Of a stretch of DNA of 64,000 bases, positions 35,000-43,326 are shown piece by piece. Position 1 is the stretch's first letter, and each line of letters begins with the position of its first letter. Origin of the DNA: Anaerolineales bacterium UBA4826 (GTDB lineage: Bacteria > Chloroflexota > Anaerolineae > UBA4142); NCBI GenBank assembly GCA_002400365.1, contig DHFK01000087.1:9635-73634 (forward strand), read 5' to 3'. The notes beneath the pieces were generated by a model that ran no database searches, was not told where the DNA came from, and saw only the letters and a list, made by a program, of their open reading frames with translations. The position numbers and the translations under genes were made by a program.

Positions 35000-36112
35000 A
35001 TGAGTTTTGACGAACTGCTCTTCCAACTGGATAGCGCCGCATCGCTCAGCGCGAAAAAGCGCATGGTGCGCGAGTTCGCCGCGCGCCAGCCCTCCCCGAT
35101 CGTCGAGGATAACAGCGTCACGTTTTTCTATGTGAGCGAGGACGCCCGCGACGTCGCGTTGGAAGGCGATTGGACCCACTGGCAGCCGACCGCGCCGATG
35201 ACGTATTTGCCGGACACGCCGCTCTGGTATCGCGTCGAGCGATTTCCGCGCGAGGCGCGGCTGGAGTATCGGATCGTCGTCAACGGCACCCGCCGCCTCC
35301 TCGATCCCGGCAACCCGCGCACCGCGCCCAGCGGCTTTGGACTGCACTCTGAACTCGCCATGCCCGATTACCACGCGCCGCGCGAAGTGAGCGACCAGGG
35401 ACGCATCGCGCGCGGCGCGGTCGAGCAGCATTGGATGACCAGCAAGGCGCTGAACGATCGGCGCACGTTCTGGGTCTGGCTGCCGCCGCATTTCAACGCG
35501 CAGAAACCCCACCCGGTCGCGTACTTTAACGACGGCGGCGATTACTTGCGCCTCGCCGATCTGCCGCGCCTCCTGGACTATCTGGTCGAATGGGGTCGCA
35601 TCCCGCCGCTCATCGCCGTGCTCGCGAAACCGAACGATCGGGTCAAGGAGTACGCGCGCAACAACCAGTACGTGCGCTTTCTCGTGGACGAACTCGTGCC
35701 GTGGGTGGATGGCCTGTACCCGACGCGCGATGCGCCGGCGGCGCGCGCCATCATCGGCGCGTCGTACGGCGGATTGTGCGCCGCGCATGTAGCGCGCCGC
35801 CGCCCCAATGTCTTCGGCTTGGTCGGCGGACAATCGGGCTATTACAGTTACCAGAACGATGCGCTGCTGCGCGATTATGCGGCGGCGCAGAACCTCGGCA
35901 TCCGTTTCCACCTGGTCGTCGGCTCATTCGAAACCGATGCGCGCGGCAATGGCAAACCCGAAAGCGACTTGGTAGCGGCGCAGCGTCGCTTTGCGGAACT
36001 GTTACGCGGCAAAGGGTACGACGTGGCGTGCGCCGAGTATCCGGAGGGACATCAATGGGGATTTTGGCGCGCGCACGTCGGCGACGCGCTGAGATTTTTC
36101 TGGGGATGCTGA
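35000..36112 (+). CDS. esterase-D/enterochelin-esterase-like hydrolase with N-terminal Ig/CBM48-like domain
   Basis: GASYGG nucleophile elbow (GxSxG) and an N-terminal VTFFYVSEDARDVALEGDWTHW beta-sandwich-like region. ATG at 35000, with an alternative at 34934. The 34628 start is an artefact running through the dapA-like gene end. Confidence 0.72.
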   Translation: MSFDELLFQLDSAASLSAKKRMVREFAARQPSPIVEDNSVTFFYVSEDARDVALEGDWTHWQPTAPMTYLPDTPLWYRVERFPREARLEYRIVVNGTRRLLDPGNPRTAPSGFGLHSELAMPDYHAPREVSDQGRIARGAVEQHWMTSKALNDRRTFWVWLPPHFNAQKPHPVAYFNDGGDYLRLADLPRLLDYLVEWGRIPPLIAVLAKPNDRVKEYARNNQYVRFLVDELVPWVDGLYPTRDAPAARAIIGASYGGLCAAHVARRRPNVFGLVGGQSGYYSYQNDALLRDYAAAQNLGIRFHLVVGSFETDARGNGKPESDLVAAQRRFAELLRGKGYDVACAEYPEGHQWGFWRAHVGDALRFFWGC

Positions 36113-36182
36113 AGAACAGAGGAGACAGGAAAGATGAAAGATGAAAGATGAAAAACGACCCTCTCCTCTTTCATCTTTCTTC
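36111..36182. repeat. GAAAGAT-unit hairpin between convergent genes
   Basis: GGAAAGATGAAAGATGAAAGATGAAAA (36128-36154) versus CTCTCCTCTTTCATCTTTCTTC (36161-36182). A 13-nt perfect pairing is possible. Confidence 0.8.
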
Positions 36183-37531
36183 TATTTGAGCAACGCGGCA
36201 AGCACTGCATCGCTGACCAGTTGCGGGAACAAACCGAGGACGATAATCGCCGCGACGAGCAGCATCACCACGAACGTACACAGGTACGGCACAAGCTTCA
36301 ATTCGCCGTTTGATTCTAGCGCGCCAGCGCGTTCCGCCATGACACTCCAGACCATGCGCAACACTGCCACCACCACCAACCCGTTGGACGCCAGGAGCAG
36401 CGCGATAAATGCGATGTTCGATCGCGCGAGATCGCGGTAAATCGCATAGCCCGCAGCAAAGCCCAGCGCGGGCGGAAGGTTGGCGAGCGAGAAACCGCCA
36501 AAGAGGATGGCGAGCGCGCCCACGTTCTGCCAACGACGCTCTGGATGATGGCGCACGAAACTAATTCCCCCCGCGACGAGCGCAACGCCGGCGGCGCGGC
36601 TTAACGTCGCCAGCATCGCCCCGGCAAGCCCCAGGCGCGTGCCCAAGCCCAAACCGATCAACGCGTATCCCAGCGGGACGAGCGAAAGGTACGCCAGCAA
36701 GCGCCCTTCGCGCCGCTCCGCTACCGCGAGCAATGCGCCGACCGGGACTGTGATGGCGCCGCCCAAAAGCAAAATGCCGAGCAGCGGCGTTTTGTCAGTC
36801 AGCCAGAGCGCCGCGTCCAGTTGCCGCATGAGCAGCCACAACCCTACGGGCTGCGCCACGCCGACCAGGAACGCGATCCCCAGCAACGGCATCTCGTCGG
36901 CAAGCGGTCCCAGCCAGATACTGAGCGGCGCGACCGCGAGCAACAAGCCGAGACCCAGCGCCAAGAAAATCAGCGCGGCCCGGACCAGCTCGAGATTTTC
37001 CGGCGTGAGCGGATACAAATCCACGAAACGACTGGCGATGAGCAAACTCGCGCCCGCGACGACGATCAGCAAGAGGAATTGCCCCGCGCCGCCGACGCGG
37101 CCCTCGCGTTGGGGATGCGCCAGCAGCATCAGCACGACCAGGCCGATCGCCCAGAACAAGACGGCGAGCGGAAAACTATTCAGCGTGATCGCGACGACGA
37201 GCGGCGCGAGACTCCAGAAGAAGAACGCGCCCTGGGAATTGGCGATGACGGCGGAGGGCGCATTGCTGGCGCGTTCAAACGTCAAGGGCCCGAAGAATGC
37301 CAGCGCGGCGGTGATCGCGATCGCGGGCGCGAGAAACGCGCGCGCGGCGGCGTCGAGCGCGAGCGATCGCCCGAAGAAAAAGATGGGCGCGCCGGCAGCC
37401 GTCGCCAGAATCGCGGCGAGCGCTGTTGCGCCGGCGAGCGAGGCGACAAAAACCAGCCGCGGCCAGCGGCGCAGGACGCGGATCGCCACGCCGGTCGCCA
37501 GGCAGACCGCCGTCATCACGAGAATACTCAT
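36182..37531 (-). CDS. divergent NuoN/MnhD-like (Proton_antipo_M-like) polytopic membrane protein
   Basis: 449 aa, about 13 TM segments. LSIWLGPLADEMPLLGIAFLVG and GRLLAYLSLVPLGYALIGLG resemble the WLPxA..P.SA and KRLLAYSS..H.G blocks of antiporter-like subunits, with key residues changed. Confidence 0.45.
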   Translation of the reverse strand: MSILVMTAVCLATGVAIRVLRRWPRLVFVASLAGATALAAILATAAGAPIFFFGRSLALDAAARAFLAPAIAITAALAFFGPLTFERASNAPSAVIANSQGAFFFWSLAPLVVAITLNSFPLAVLFWAIGLVVLMLLAHPQREGRVGGAGQFLLLIVVAGASLLIASRFVDLYPLTPENLELVRAALIFLALGLGLLLAVAPLSIWLGPLADEMPLLGIAFLVGVAQPVGLWLLMRQLDAALWLTDKTPLLGILLLGGAITVPVGALLAVAERREGRLLAYLSLVPLGYALIGLGLGTRLGLAGAMLATLSRAAGVALVAGGISFVRHHPERRWQNVGALAILFGGFSLANLPPALGFAAGYAIYRDLARSNIAFIALLLASNGLVVVAVLRMVWSVMAERAGALESNGELKLVPYLCTFVVMLLVAAIIVLGLFPQLVSDAVLAALLK

Positions 37532-38262
37532 CGCGCTTCGCCCCGCCGCCGGCGCTGATCAGTTTCCAGGCTAGGGAGCGCGCCCAGATGCGCGATCACG
37601 AGCGCGAGCAAAAGATCGGCGATATTGAGCAACCCGTACAAAAGTAAACTCTCCTCGGTCGCCGTCTCCAGCAAGCACACGCCCCCGGTGAACATCAGAA
37701 TGCCGAGTCCCAGGCGCAATACATCGCGCGAGAGAATCGCTACGAGAACGCCTGCCGCGATCAGCCACACCCCGCTGAACAGAATGTCGGGCGCTAAACC
37801 GAGAAACGTCATGGACGAAGCGATGCCGATGATGGCGACCGCGACCAGCGCGAGCGCGAACAGTCGGAACGGAAAACCGACCATAAAGACTTGCTGGCGA
37901 TAGAGCCGTTCGATAACCGCGCGGGCGGCGTCGTCCTCTGCCTCCTGACAGGCGCGGCGATATTCCTCCGCCTTTTGGCGCAGCGTCAGATACAGAATCA
38001 GCATGGCGAGCGCGCCCGAAAGCGCGCGCACGACGGCGATGGGAAAGGGGACCCACGCGGCGAGCCAAGCCGCCGCGAGCACGTATTGCGCGAGCAGCGC
38101 AAAGAGCGCGCATCGCCAATCGGAAATGAGGACGATGAACGCGGCGGTGACGATCAAGCCGACGAGAATGCTCGCGGTGGAAATCGCTTGTAGATCAGGG
38201 AAAGACAAAACGCAGTTCCTTTGGGGTGGCGAGTGACGGGTGAGCGGGCTTTCCGATGTCAA
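37528..38262 (-). CDS. polytopic membrane protein, partner of the antiporter-like gene
   Basis: 244 aa, about 6 TM segments. Its stop overlaps the start of the downstream gene (ATGA-type coupling). Confidence 0.45.
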   Translation of the reverse strand: MTSESPLTRHSPPQRNCVLSFPDLQAISTASILVGLIVTAAFIVLISDWRCALFALLAQYVLAAAWLAAWVPFPIAVVRALSGALAMLILYLTLRQKAEEYRRACQEAEDDAARAVIERLYRQQVFMVGFPFRLFALALVAVAIIGIASSMTFLGLAPDILFSGVWLIAAGVLVAILSRDVLRLGLGILMFTGGVCLLETATEESLLLYGLLNIADLLLALVIAHLGALPSLETDQRRRRGEAR

Positions 38263-38486
38263 GCGAAAGCAACAACATCAATGCGCCGCTCTTGCGCGAG
38301 TTTTTTACGATGCAGTTTCAACCGTTCAATCTCATGCAGCGTCTCGGCAGTTAGGTAACTCTCACCGCAATGCGGACAGACAACTACAGGGACATTTTCA
38401 ATGGCAAACAGGTTTTCCCCTTTGCCGTAAGTTCGCGTCATACGCCGAATTCGCGCCCCGCTTTTTCTGCAAATATCACAAGTCAT
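38259..38486 (-). CDS. YgiT-type zinc-finger protein (MqsA-N-like antitoxin candidate)
   Basis: 75 aa. CDIC...CPHCGESY zinc ribbon. Confidence 0.78.
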   Translation of the reverse strand: MTCDICRKSGARIRRMTRTYGKGENLFAIENVPVVVCPHCGESYLTAETLHEIERLKLHRKKLAQERRIDVVAFA

Positions 38487-38497
38487 GTCTTCTCCTT

Positions 38498-38779
38498 TTA
38501 CGAACGGTATACCGTAATAAAAACCAATTTGCCCGTTGAACTCAACTTGGTGACCACACTCGCGTCATCGCCCGCAACCGTTTGACCTTTCACGAGATAC
38601 TTCCACTCTGCGGTTGTTTGATCTTTCTGGCGTTCAAAGATTTCGCCAGTGAGAATCACGCTTTCCACGTCGAAGATCGTCAAATCATCTTCGTCCATTT
38701 CTGCTTCACCATGCAAGGTCATGACGTACTCACGGGTACGAACTTTCTCACACATTCGTTTCAGGATTCGCTCAAGCAT
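38498..38779 (-). CDS. DUF4258-like small toxin candidate
   Basis: 93 aa. The sequence style (HGEAEMDEDDLTIFDVESVILTGEI...VVTVYRS-like end) and its pairing with a YgiT zinc-finger gene are both typical of DUF4258 modules. Confidence 0.65.
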   Translation of the reverse strand: MLERILKRMCEKVRTREYVMTLHGEAEMDEDDLTIFDVESVILTGEIFERQKDQTTAEWKYLVKGQTVAGDDASVVTKLSSTGKLVFITVYRS

Positions 38780-38832
38780 GATACTCTCCAGAGCGCGACA
38801 TCACCTTGCAAAGGCATTGCGCCGAACCCCCG

Positions 38833-40806
38833 TCACCCGTCACCCGTCACTCGCCACGCCCTCAGCACTTCCGCCACGCTCCACGCCTGCGCGATGCAGC
38901 CGACCGCGCGGTCCGGCGGCTCCGCTTCAAAGATTTCGCTGAGCGTGCCCAACCCCGCATCGGTCAGGTGCGCCCGAAACGCATCGAGCGCCACGCGCAC
39001 AGCGCGGTCGTCATGCGGCGCGATTTTGAGCCAGGCGTCCACGTACGCGCCGATCAACCACGCCCAGACGATTCCCTGGTGGTACGCGGCGTCACGCGCG
39101 CGCTGATCGCCGTGGTACAGCGCGTGATAATTCGGATCGTGCGGCGAAAGCGAACGTAACCCGAGCGGCGTCAGCAGGTTGCGCGTCACAAGGTCCAAGA
39201 TCATTTTCGCGCGCTCGGGCGCAACCAGGTCATCGGCGAGACTCAGCGCAAACAACTGGTTCGGGCGCAACGACGCGTCGCTGCCATTGGGCGTGTCAAT
39301 GACATCGTACAAATATCCGCCCCCGGCGTACCAAAAGCGATCGAACGACGCGCGCACCCGCGCGGCGAGATCGGCATAGCGCGCCGGCGGCTGCGCCAAC
39401 TGCGCTGCCCAGCGCTCCATCAAGCGCAGCGCGCGGTACCACAGCGCGTTGATTTCCACCGGCTTGCCGATGCGCGGCGTCACCACCCAGTCGCCGACCT
39501 TGGCGTCCATCCAGGTCAACTGTACGCCCGGCTCGCCGGCGTAGAGCAAGCCATCCGCCGGATCAACGTGGATGTTGTAGCGCGTGCCCTGGATGTGCCA
39601 GTCCACGATAGATTCAAGGATCGGAAATACCTCGCGCAACAAAGCATCGTCACGCGTCGCGGCAAGGTAACGGTCGAGCGCGTGCAAGAACCACAGCGTC
39701 GCATCCACCGTGTTGTATTCGACCGGCGCGGCGTCCACCCCGGCGTCGGGGAAACGATTCGGCAGCATCCCGCGATCCACATAGCGCGCGAACGCGCGCA
39801 AGATCTTCGCCGCTTCGATACATCGCCCGGTCACGAGCGTCAGCCCTTCGAGCGCGATCATCGTGTCCCTGCCCCAATCGCTGAACCAGGGATAGCCGGC
39901 GATGATCGTGCTGAGCGGCTGTCCGTCCACTTGCCGCTGGACGATGAACTGGTCCGCCGCGACGTACAATTGCTTTTCGAATTCGTCGCGCGCGTTCTGC
40001 GCGAGCGCCGCTTGCCGCGCGCGTTCGCGCTGCCAAGCCGTCTCGACCGCGCCGTCAACCGAGGCGACATCCTCGGTCGTCGCGACGACGGCGAAGGATG
40101 CGCCGGGCTGCAAATCCACGCGCCACAAGCCGGGCAGATACAAATCCTCGACCGAATCCAAACCGCGCTCTTGTTCGACGCGATGGCGAAAGCGCCAGTA
40201 CCACAAGTCCAGCGGGACGAAACTTGCCGCCGGCAGGGTCAACAGGTGGTACGCTGTCGCGCCGTCGAACGCAGTAATCGTCACGACGCCCACGCGCGCC
40301 TGGACGCCGAAATGCCAATCGCCCGAGCCGCGCAATTCGGCGTGGAAATCGCGATAGGTGCAGAGCGGCAGCAGCGTGAGCCGAATCGGCTGCGCGGTCT
40401 CGGCGAGCGCATAGCGAATGTACGTCGTGTTGCGCGCGTGCTCCATCCAGATCGTTTTGGTCAGGGAAAAATTCGCGGCTTGGTAGAAAAACGTGGGGAT
40501 CATCCCGTCGAGTTCGACACGTTCGAGGAACAAATAGCCGTCGGGGTAGAACACGCCGCTTTCATACTCGTTCGTACCCAGGCGATACGTCGCGCCGCCG
40601 ACCTCGACTTCTTCATCCATCTTCGCGAGCGTGACGGTGCGCGCCGCTGGCGGCTTGAGCGCTGCGACGAGCAGACCGTGATAGCGCCGCGTGTTCGCGC
40701 CGGTGAGCGTGCCAGAGGCATAGCCGCCGAGTCCGTTCGTCACCAGCCATTCGCGCGTGAGCGCGCTGTTGAGGTCGCGGCAAATTTCGCGGGGGATGGT
40801 GAGCAT
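38833..40806 (-). CDS. glycogen debranching enzyme family protein (GDE_N plus amylo-alpha-1,6-glucosidase domains)
   Basis: REWLVTNGLGGYASGT..NTRRYHGLL N-terminal signature and a large (alpha/alpha)6-type C-terminal domain. ATG at 40806 is preferred over the TTG at 40821. The last codons (VTGDG) lie in CGTCACC heptamers at 38828-38856. Confidence 0.9.
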   Translation of the reverse strand: MLTIPREICRDLNSALTREWLVTNGLGGYASGTLTGANTRRYHGLLVAALKPPAARTVTLAKMDEEVEVGGATYRLGTNEYESGVFYPDGYLFLERVELDGMIPTFFYQAANFSLTKTIWMEHARNTTYIRYALAETAQPIRLTLLPLCTYRDFHAELRGSGDWHFGVQARVGVVTITAFDGATAYHLLTLPAASFVPLDLWYWRFRHRVEQERGLDSVEDLYLPGLWRVDLQPGASFAVVATTEDVASVDGAVETAWQRERARQAALAQNARDEFEKQLYVAADQFIVQRQVDGQPLSTIIAGYPWFSDWGRDTMIALEGLTLVTGRCIEAAKILRAFARYVDRGMLPNRFPDAGVDAAPVEYNTVDATLWFLHALDRYLAATRDDALLREVFPILESIVDWHIQGTRYNIHVDPADGLLYAGEPGVQLTWMDAKVGDWVVTPRIGKPVEINALWYRALRLMERWAAQLAQPPARYADLAARVRASFDRFWYAGGGYLYDVIDTPNGSDASLRPNQLFALSLADDLVAPERAKMILDLVTRNLLTPLGLRSLSPHDPNYHALYHGDQRARDAAYHQGIVWAWLIGAYVDAWLKIAPHDDRAVRVALDAFRAHLTDAGLGTLSEIFEAEPPDRAVGCIAQAWSVAEVLRAWRVTGDG

Positions 40807-40812
40807 GGCTGG

Positions 40813-40841
40813 AGTATACAACAGAACAGATAAAACGTAAA
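40813..40841 (-). promoter_or_regulatory. promoter candidate TTTACG-17-TATACT, 6 nt from the ATG (leaderless)
   Basis: Minus strand: TTTACG (40841-40836), 17-nt spacer, TATACT (40818-40813), CCAGCC, then the ATG at 40806. The -35 hexamer is part of the ACGTAAA repeat. Confidence 0.45.
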
Positions 40842-40906
40842 ACGTAAAGATGCCATTACGTTCTGCGCGTTACGTTTTACGTTTTACGCTTTACGCTTTA
40901 CGTTTT
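40831..40906. repeat. ACGTAAA-unit hairpin in a divergent promoter region
   Basis: TAAAACGTAAAACGTAAAG (40831-40849) versus TTACGTTTTACGTTTTACGCTTTACGCTTTACGTTTT (40870-40906). Confidence 0.9.
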
Positions 40907-40925
40907 GCGCCCCGCGTGCTACAAT
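40897..40925 (+). promoter_or_regulatory. promoter candidate TTTACG-17-TACAAT, 6 nt from the folK ATG (leaderless)
   Basis: TTTACG 40897-40902, 17-nt spacer, TACAAT 40920-40925, GTCCCC, then the ATG at 40932. Confidence 0.45.
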
Positions 40926-40931
40926 GTCCCC

Positions 40932-41423
40932 ATGCCGACTCTCTACCTCGCGCTCGGCTCGAACCTGGGCGACCGCGAAAAGAATCTGCGCGACGCGCTC
41001 GCGCGGCTCGGCGAATTCATTGACCTCGCGCGCGTCTCGTCCATCTACGAAACGGAACCCTGGGGCGTGCGCGACCAGCCCTGGTTTCTCAACCTGGTCT
41101 GCGCGGGGACGACGACGCTCTCGCCGGTGGACGTACTGCGCCGCGCCAAGAAAATCGAAATAGAAATGGGGCGCACCGAAGGCATTCGCTTTGGCCCGCG
41201 CCCCATTGATATTGATATTCTGCTGTACGACCGCGTGATCGAACTCTCCCCCGCGCTGACGATTCCCCACCCGCGCCTGCACGAGCGCGCCTTTGTCCTC
41301 GTGCCGCTCGCCGAAATCGCGCCCGACTTGATCCACCCGCGCCTGCGCGTCACGATCCGCGCATTGCTGCGCCGCCTCGCTTCGACAGATCAAGTGCGGC
41401 TGCACAGTAGGACAAGTTTGTAA
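40932..41423 (+). CDS. folK: 2-amino-4-hydroxy-6-hydroxymethyldihydropteridine diphosphokinase
   Basis: LALGSNLGDR start motif, ETEPWG, RFGPRPIDIDIL and IPHPRLHERAFVL motifs. Confidence 0.92.
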   Translation: MPTLYLALGSNLGDREKNLRDALARLGEFIDLARVSSIYETEPWGVRDQPWFLNLVCAGTTTLSPVDVLRRAKKIEIEMGRTEGIRFGPRPIDIDILLYDRVIELSPALTIPHPRLHERAFVLVPLAEIAPDLIHPRLRVTIRALLRRLASTDQVRLHSRTSL

Positions 41424-41434
41424 ACTTGTCCTAC
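41407..41434. terminator. 13-bp perfect palindrome overlapping both convergent stop codons
   Basis: GTAGGACAAGTTT GT AAACTTGTCCTAC. It contains the folK TAA and the complement of the deacetylase TAG. Confidence 0.5.
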
Positions 41435-42393
41435 TTGCCGCTCGCCATCCAGTACTTGAGCCAGTACGCGAATTCGTCCACGGAATAACTGCCGCGCACG
41501 CGGATGCGCCGCAGTTCGAAAATGTCCTCCGTGGCTTGGCGCGCCCCCGCGATCTCCGTTACCGCGGCGAGATACCCGGTCGAACGCAACACCTCCAGCG
41601 TGCGCGCGTCGTACTTGCCCGAGGGATAGCAGAACGACGTGACCGGCGTGCCGATGCGCGCCTCGATCATCGCCTTCGCGCCGGCGATTTCGCTATTCTG
41701 AACCGCCAGCGATCTGCCGCGCAGTTCGATGTGATTCACCGTGTGCGCCCCGATCTCCATCCCCTCGATCGCCATTTCTTCCGCCTGATCCCAGGTCATA
41801 TAGCCGGGACGCTTTTCGTCAATCAATTGCGTGATGAGAAAGAACGTCGCGGGGAATTTATAGTTCTTGAGTATCGGAAACGCGTTTTCGAAATTGTCGG
41901 CATAGCCATCGTCAAAGGTCAGGACGATCGGCTTGGACGGCAACGGCTTGCCGTTCAACAAATGCTCGGTAAGATCAGATAGGCGGATCGGGTGATAGCC
42001 CTCGATGGCGAGGTATTCCATCTGCGCGTCAAAGTTGGCGGGGGTCACGGTGAGATCGAGGCGGTACTTGTCGGCATCGGGCGGGGGAATGCCGAGATAG
42101 TGATACATCAAAATCGGCACGCGCGCGACGCGCAAGTTGGGGTTGCGCGTGGGTGTGAGTGTGCGCGTGGGGGTCGGAGCAAAAGTGGGGGTCTTGGTCG
42201 GCGCGGCGGTTGGCGTCGGCTGAGGCGTCGAGGTTGGCGCGGGACTGGGCGTGACAACCTCTGTTGGCACTAGCGCGCTGACGCCGGCAACCTGGACGAC
42301 GGTACCTGGCGGTGGACCTGGAACATCCGCGAAACCGGCGAAGATCAGGGTCGCCACGATGGGCGCGGCGACGAGAAATCGCTTCAAGTTCAT
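41431..42393 (-). CDS. polysaccharide deacetylase (NodB/CE4) family protein, secreted
   Basis: TFDDGY, HTVNH and P/T-rich linker after a signal/anchor segment. ATG at 42393 is preferred over the one at 42414. Confidence 0.85.
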   Translation of the reverse strand: MNLKRFLVAAPIVATLIFAGFADVPGPPPGTVVQVAGVSALVPTEVVTPSPAPTSTPQPTPTAAPTKTPTFAPTPTRTLTPTRNPNLRVARVPILMYHYLGIPPPDADKYRLDLTVTPANFDAQMEYLAIEGYHPIRLSDLTEHLLNGKPLPSKPIVLTFDDGYADNFENAFPILKNYKFPATFFLITQLIDEKRPGYMTWDQAEEMAIEGMEIGAHTVNHIELRGRSLAVQNSEIAGAKAMIEARIGTPVTSFCYPSGKYDARTLEVLRSTGYLAAVTEIAGARQATEDIFELRRIRVRGSYSVDEFAYWLKYWMASGK

Positions 42394-42438
42394 TGCGCCC
42401 AGAGTATAACACAAACCCGCGAAAAAGCAAGAGCGCGT

Positions 42439-43254
42439 TTACCCGTTCGGCGGCAGCAGGACGATGTGCGGCGCATGCGCGCGCGTGGGATGGTCGGCGA
42501 CCAGAACATCCGTGCCGAAAACGCCCTGCACGCGTTCTTTCGACAACACCGCGCGCGGCGTCCCCTCGGTGATGATGCGCCCATCGCTCAGCAGCATCAA
42601 ACGATCAAAGTAAAGCGCCGCCAGGTTCAAATCGTGCATCGTCGCCAGCACCGTCAGCCCGCGCTCGCGATTCAGTTTGCGGATGAGTTCCAGCACCTCG
42701 ATCTGGTGATTGATGTCGAGATGCACCGTCGGCTCGTCGAGGAGCAGAACGGCGGGCTTGAGCCCTGGATCGAGCAGCACTTGCGCCAACGCCATGGCGA
42801 CCATCACACGCTGCCGCTCGCCGCCCGACAATTCGCCGAACACGCGCGCTGCGAGCGCGCGCGTCTCCGTCAACGCGAGCGCGCGGTCAATCGCGGCGCG
42901 GTCGCGCGCCGATTCGCCGAACAACGGGCGGATGTGCGGCGTGCGCCCCAACAAGACCATTTCCCGCACGGTAAACGCGAACGGCACGTTCACTTCTTGC
43001 GGCACGAGCGCGATCCGCCGCGCAATTGCGCGGCGCGAGAACGCGGCGAGGTTGTCGCCGTCCAGCGCCACGTGCCCCGCGCGCGGGGACAAAATCCCAT
43101 TCAGAATCTTGAGCAGCGTCGTCTTGCCCGAGCCATTGGGACCCAGCAGCGCGACCAGTCCGCCGCGTTCGAGCGCGAGGTCAACGCCGCGCAAGACCAT
43201 GCGACCGTTGTAGGCGAATTCGATCTGGTGAGCGGAAAGCAAAGGATCAGACAT
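42439..43254 (-). CDS. btuD: ABC importer ATP-binding protein (BtuD/FecE type)
   Basis: Walker A GPNGSGKTT, signature LSGGERQR, Walker B LLLDEPT. It sits in an operon behind a cobalamin riboswitch. Confidence 0.85.
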   Translation of the reverse strand: MSDPLLSAHQIEFAYNGRMVLRGVDLALERGGLVALLGPNGSGKTTLLKILNGILSPRAGHVALDGDNLAAFSRRAIARRIALVPQEVNVPFAFTVREMVLLGRTPHIRPLFGESARDRAAIDRALALTETRALAARVFGELSGGERQRVMVAMALAQVLLDPGLKPAVLLLDEPTVHLDINHQIEVLELIRKLNRERGLTVLATMHDLNLAALYFDRLMLLSDGRIITEGTPRAVLSKERVQGVFGTDVLVADHPTRAHAPHIVLLPPNG

Positions 43255-43260
43255 CGTACT

Positions 43261-43326
43261 CTTTACGTTTTACGTTTTAGACGAGGTAAAGCGTAAATCG
43301 TAAAACGTAAATCGCAAAACGTAAAA
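43261..43326. repeat. ACGTAAA-unit hairpin within the btu-like operon
   Basis: CTTTACGTTTTACGTTTTA (43261-43279) versus TAAAGCGTAAATCGTAAAACGTAAATCGCAAAACGTAAAA (43287-43326). Confidence 0.85.

Noticed and set aside
40807-40821. TTG start at 40821 for the debranching enzyme
   Set aside because: The ATG at 40806 follows a -10-like TATACT by 6 nt and begins the conserved region. The TTG would lie inside the putative promoter. This remains uncertain without TSS data.
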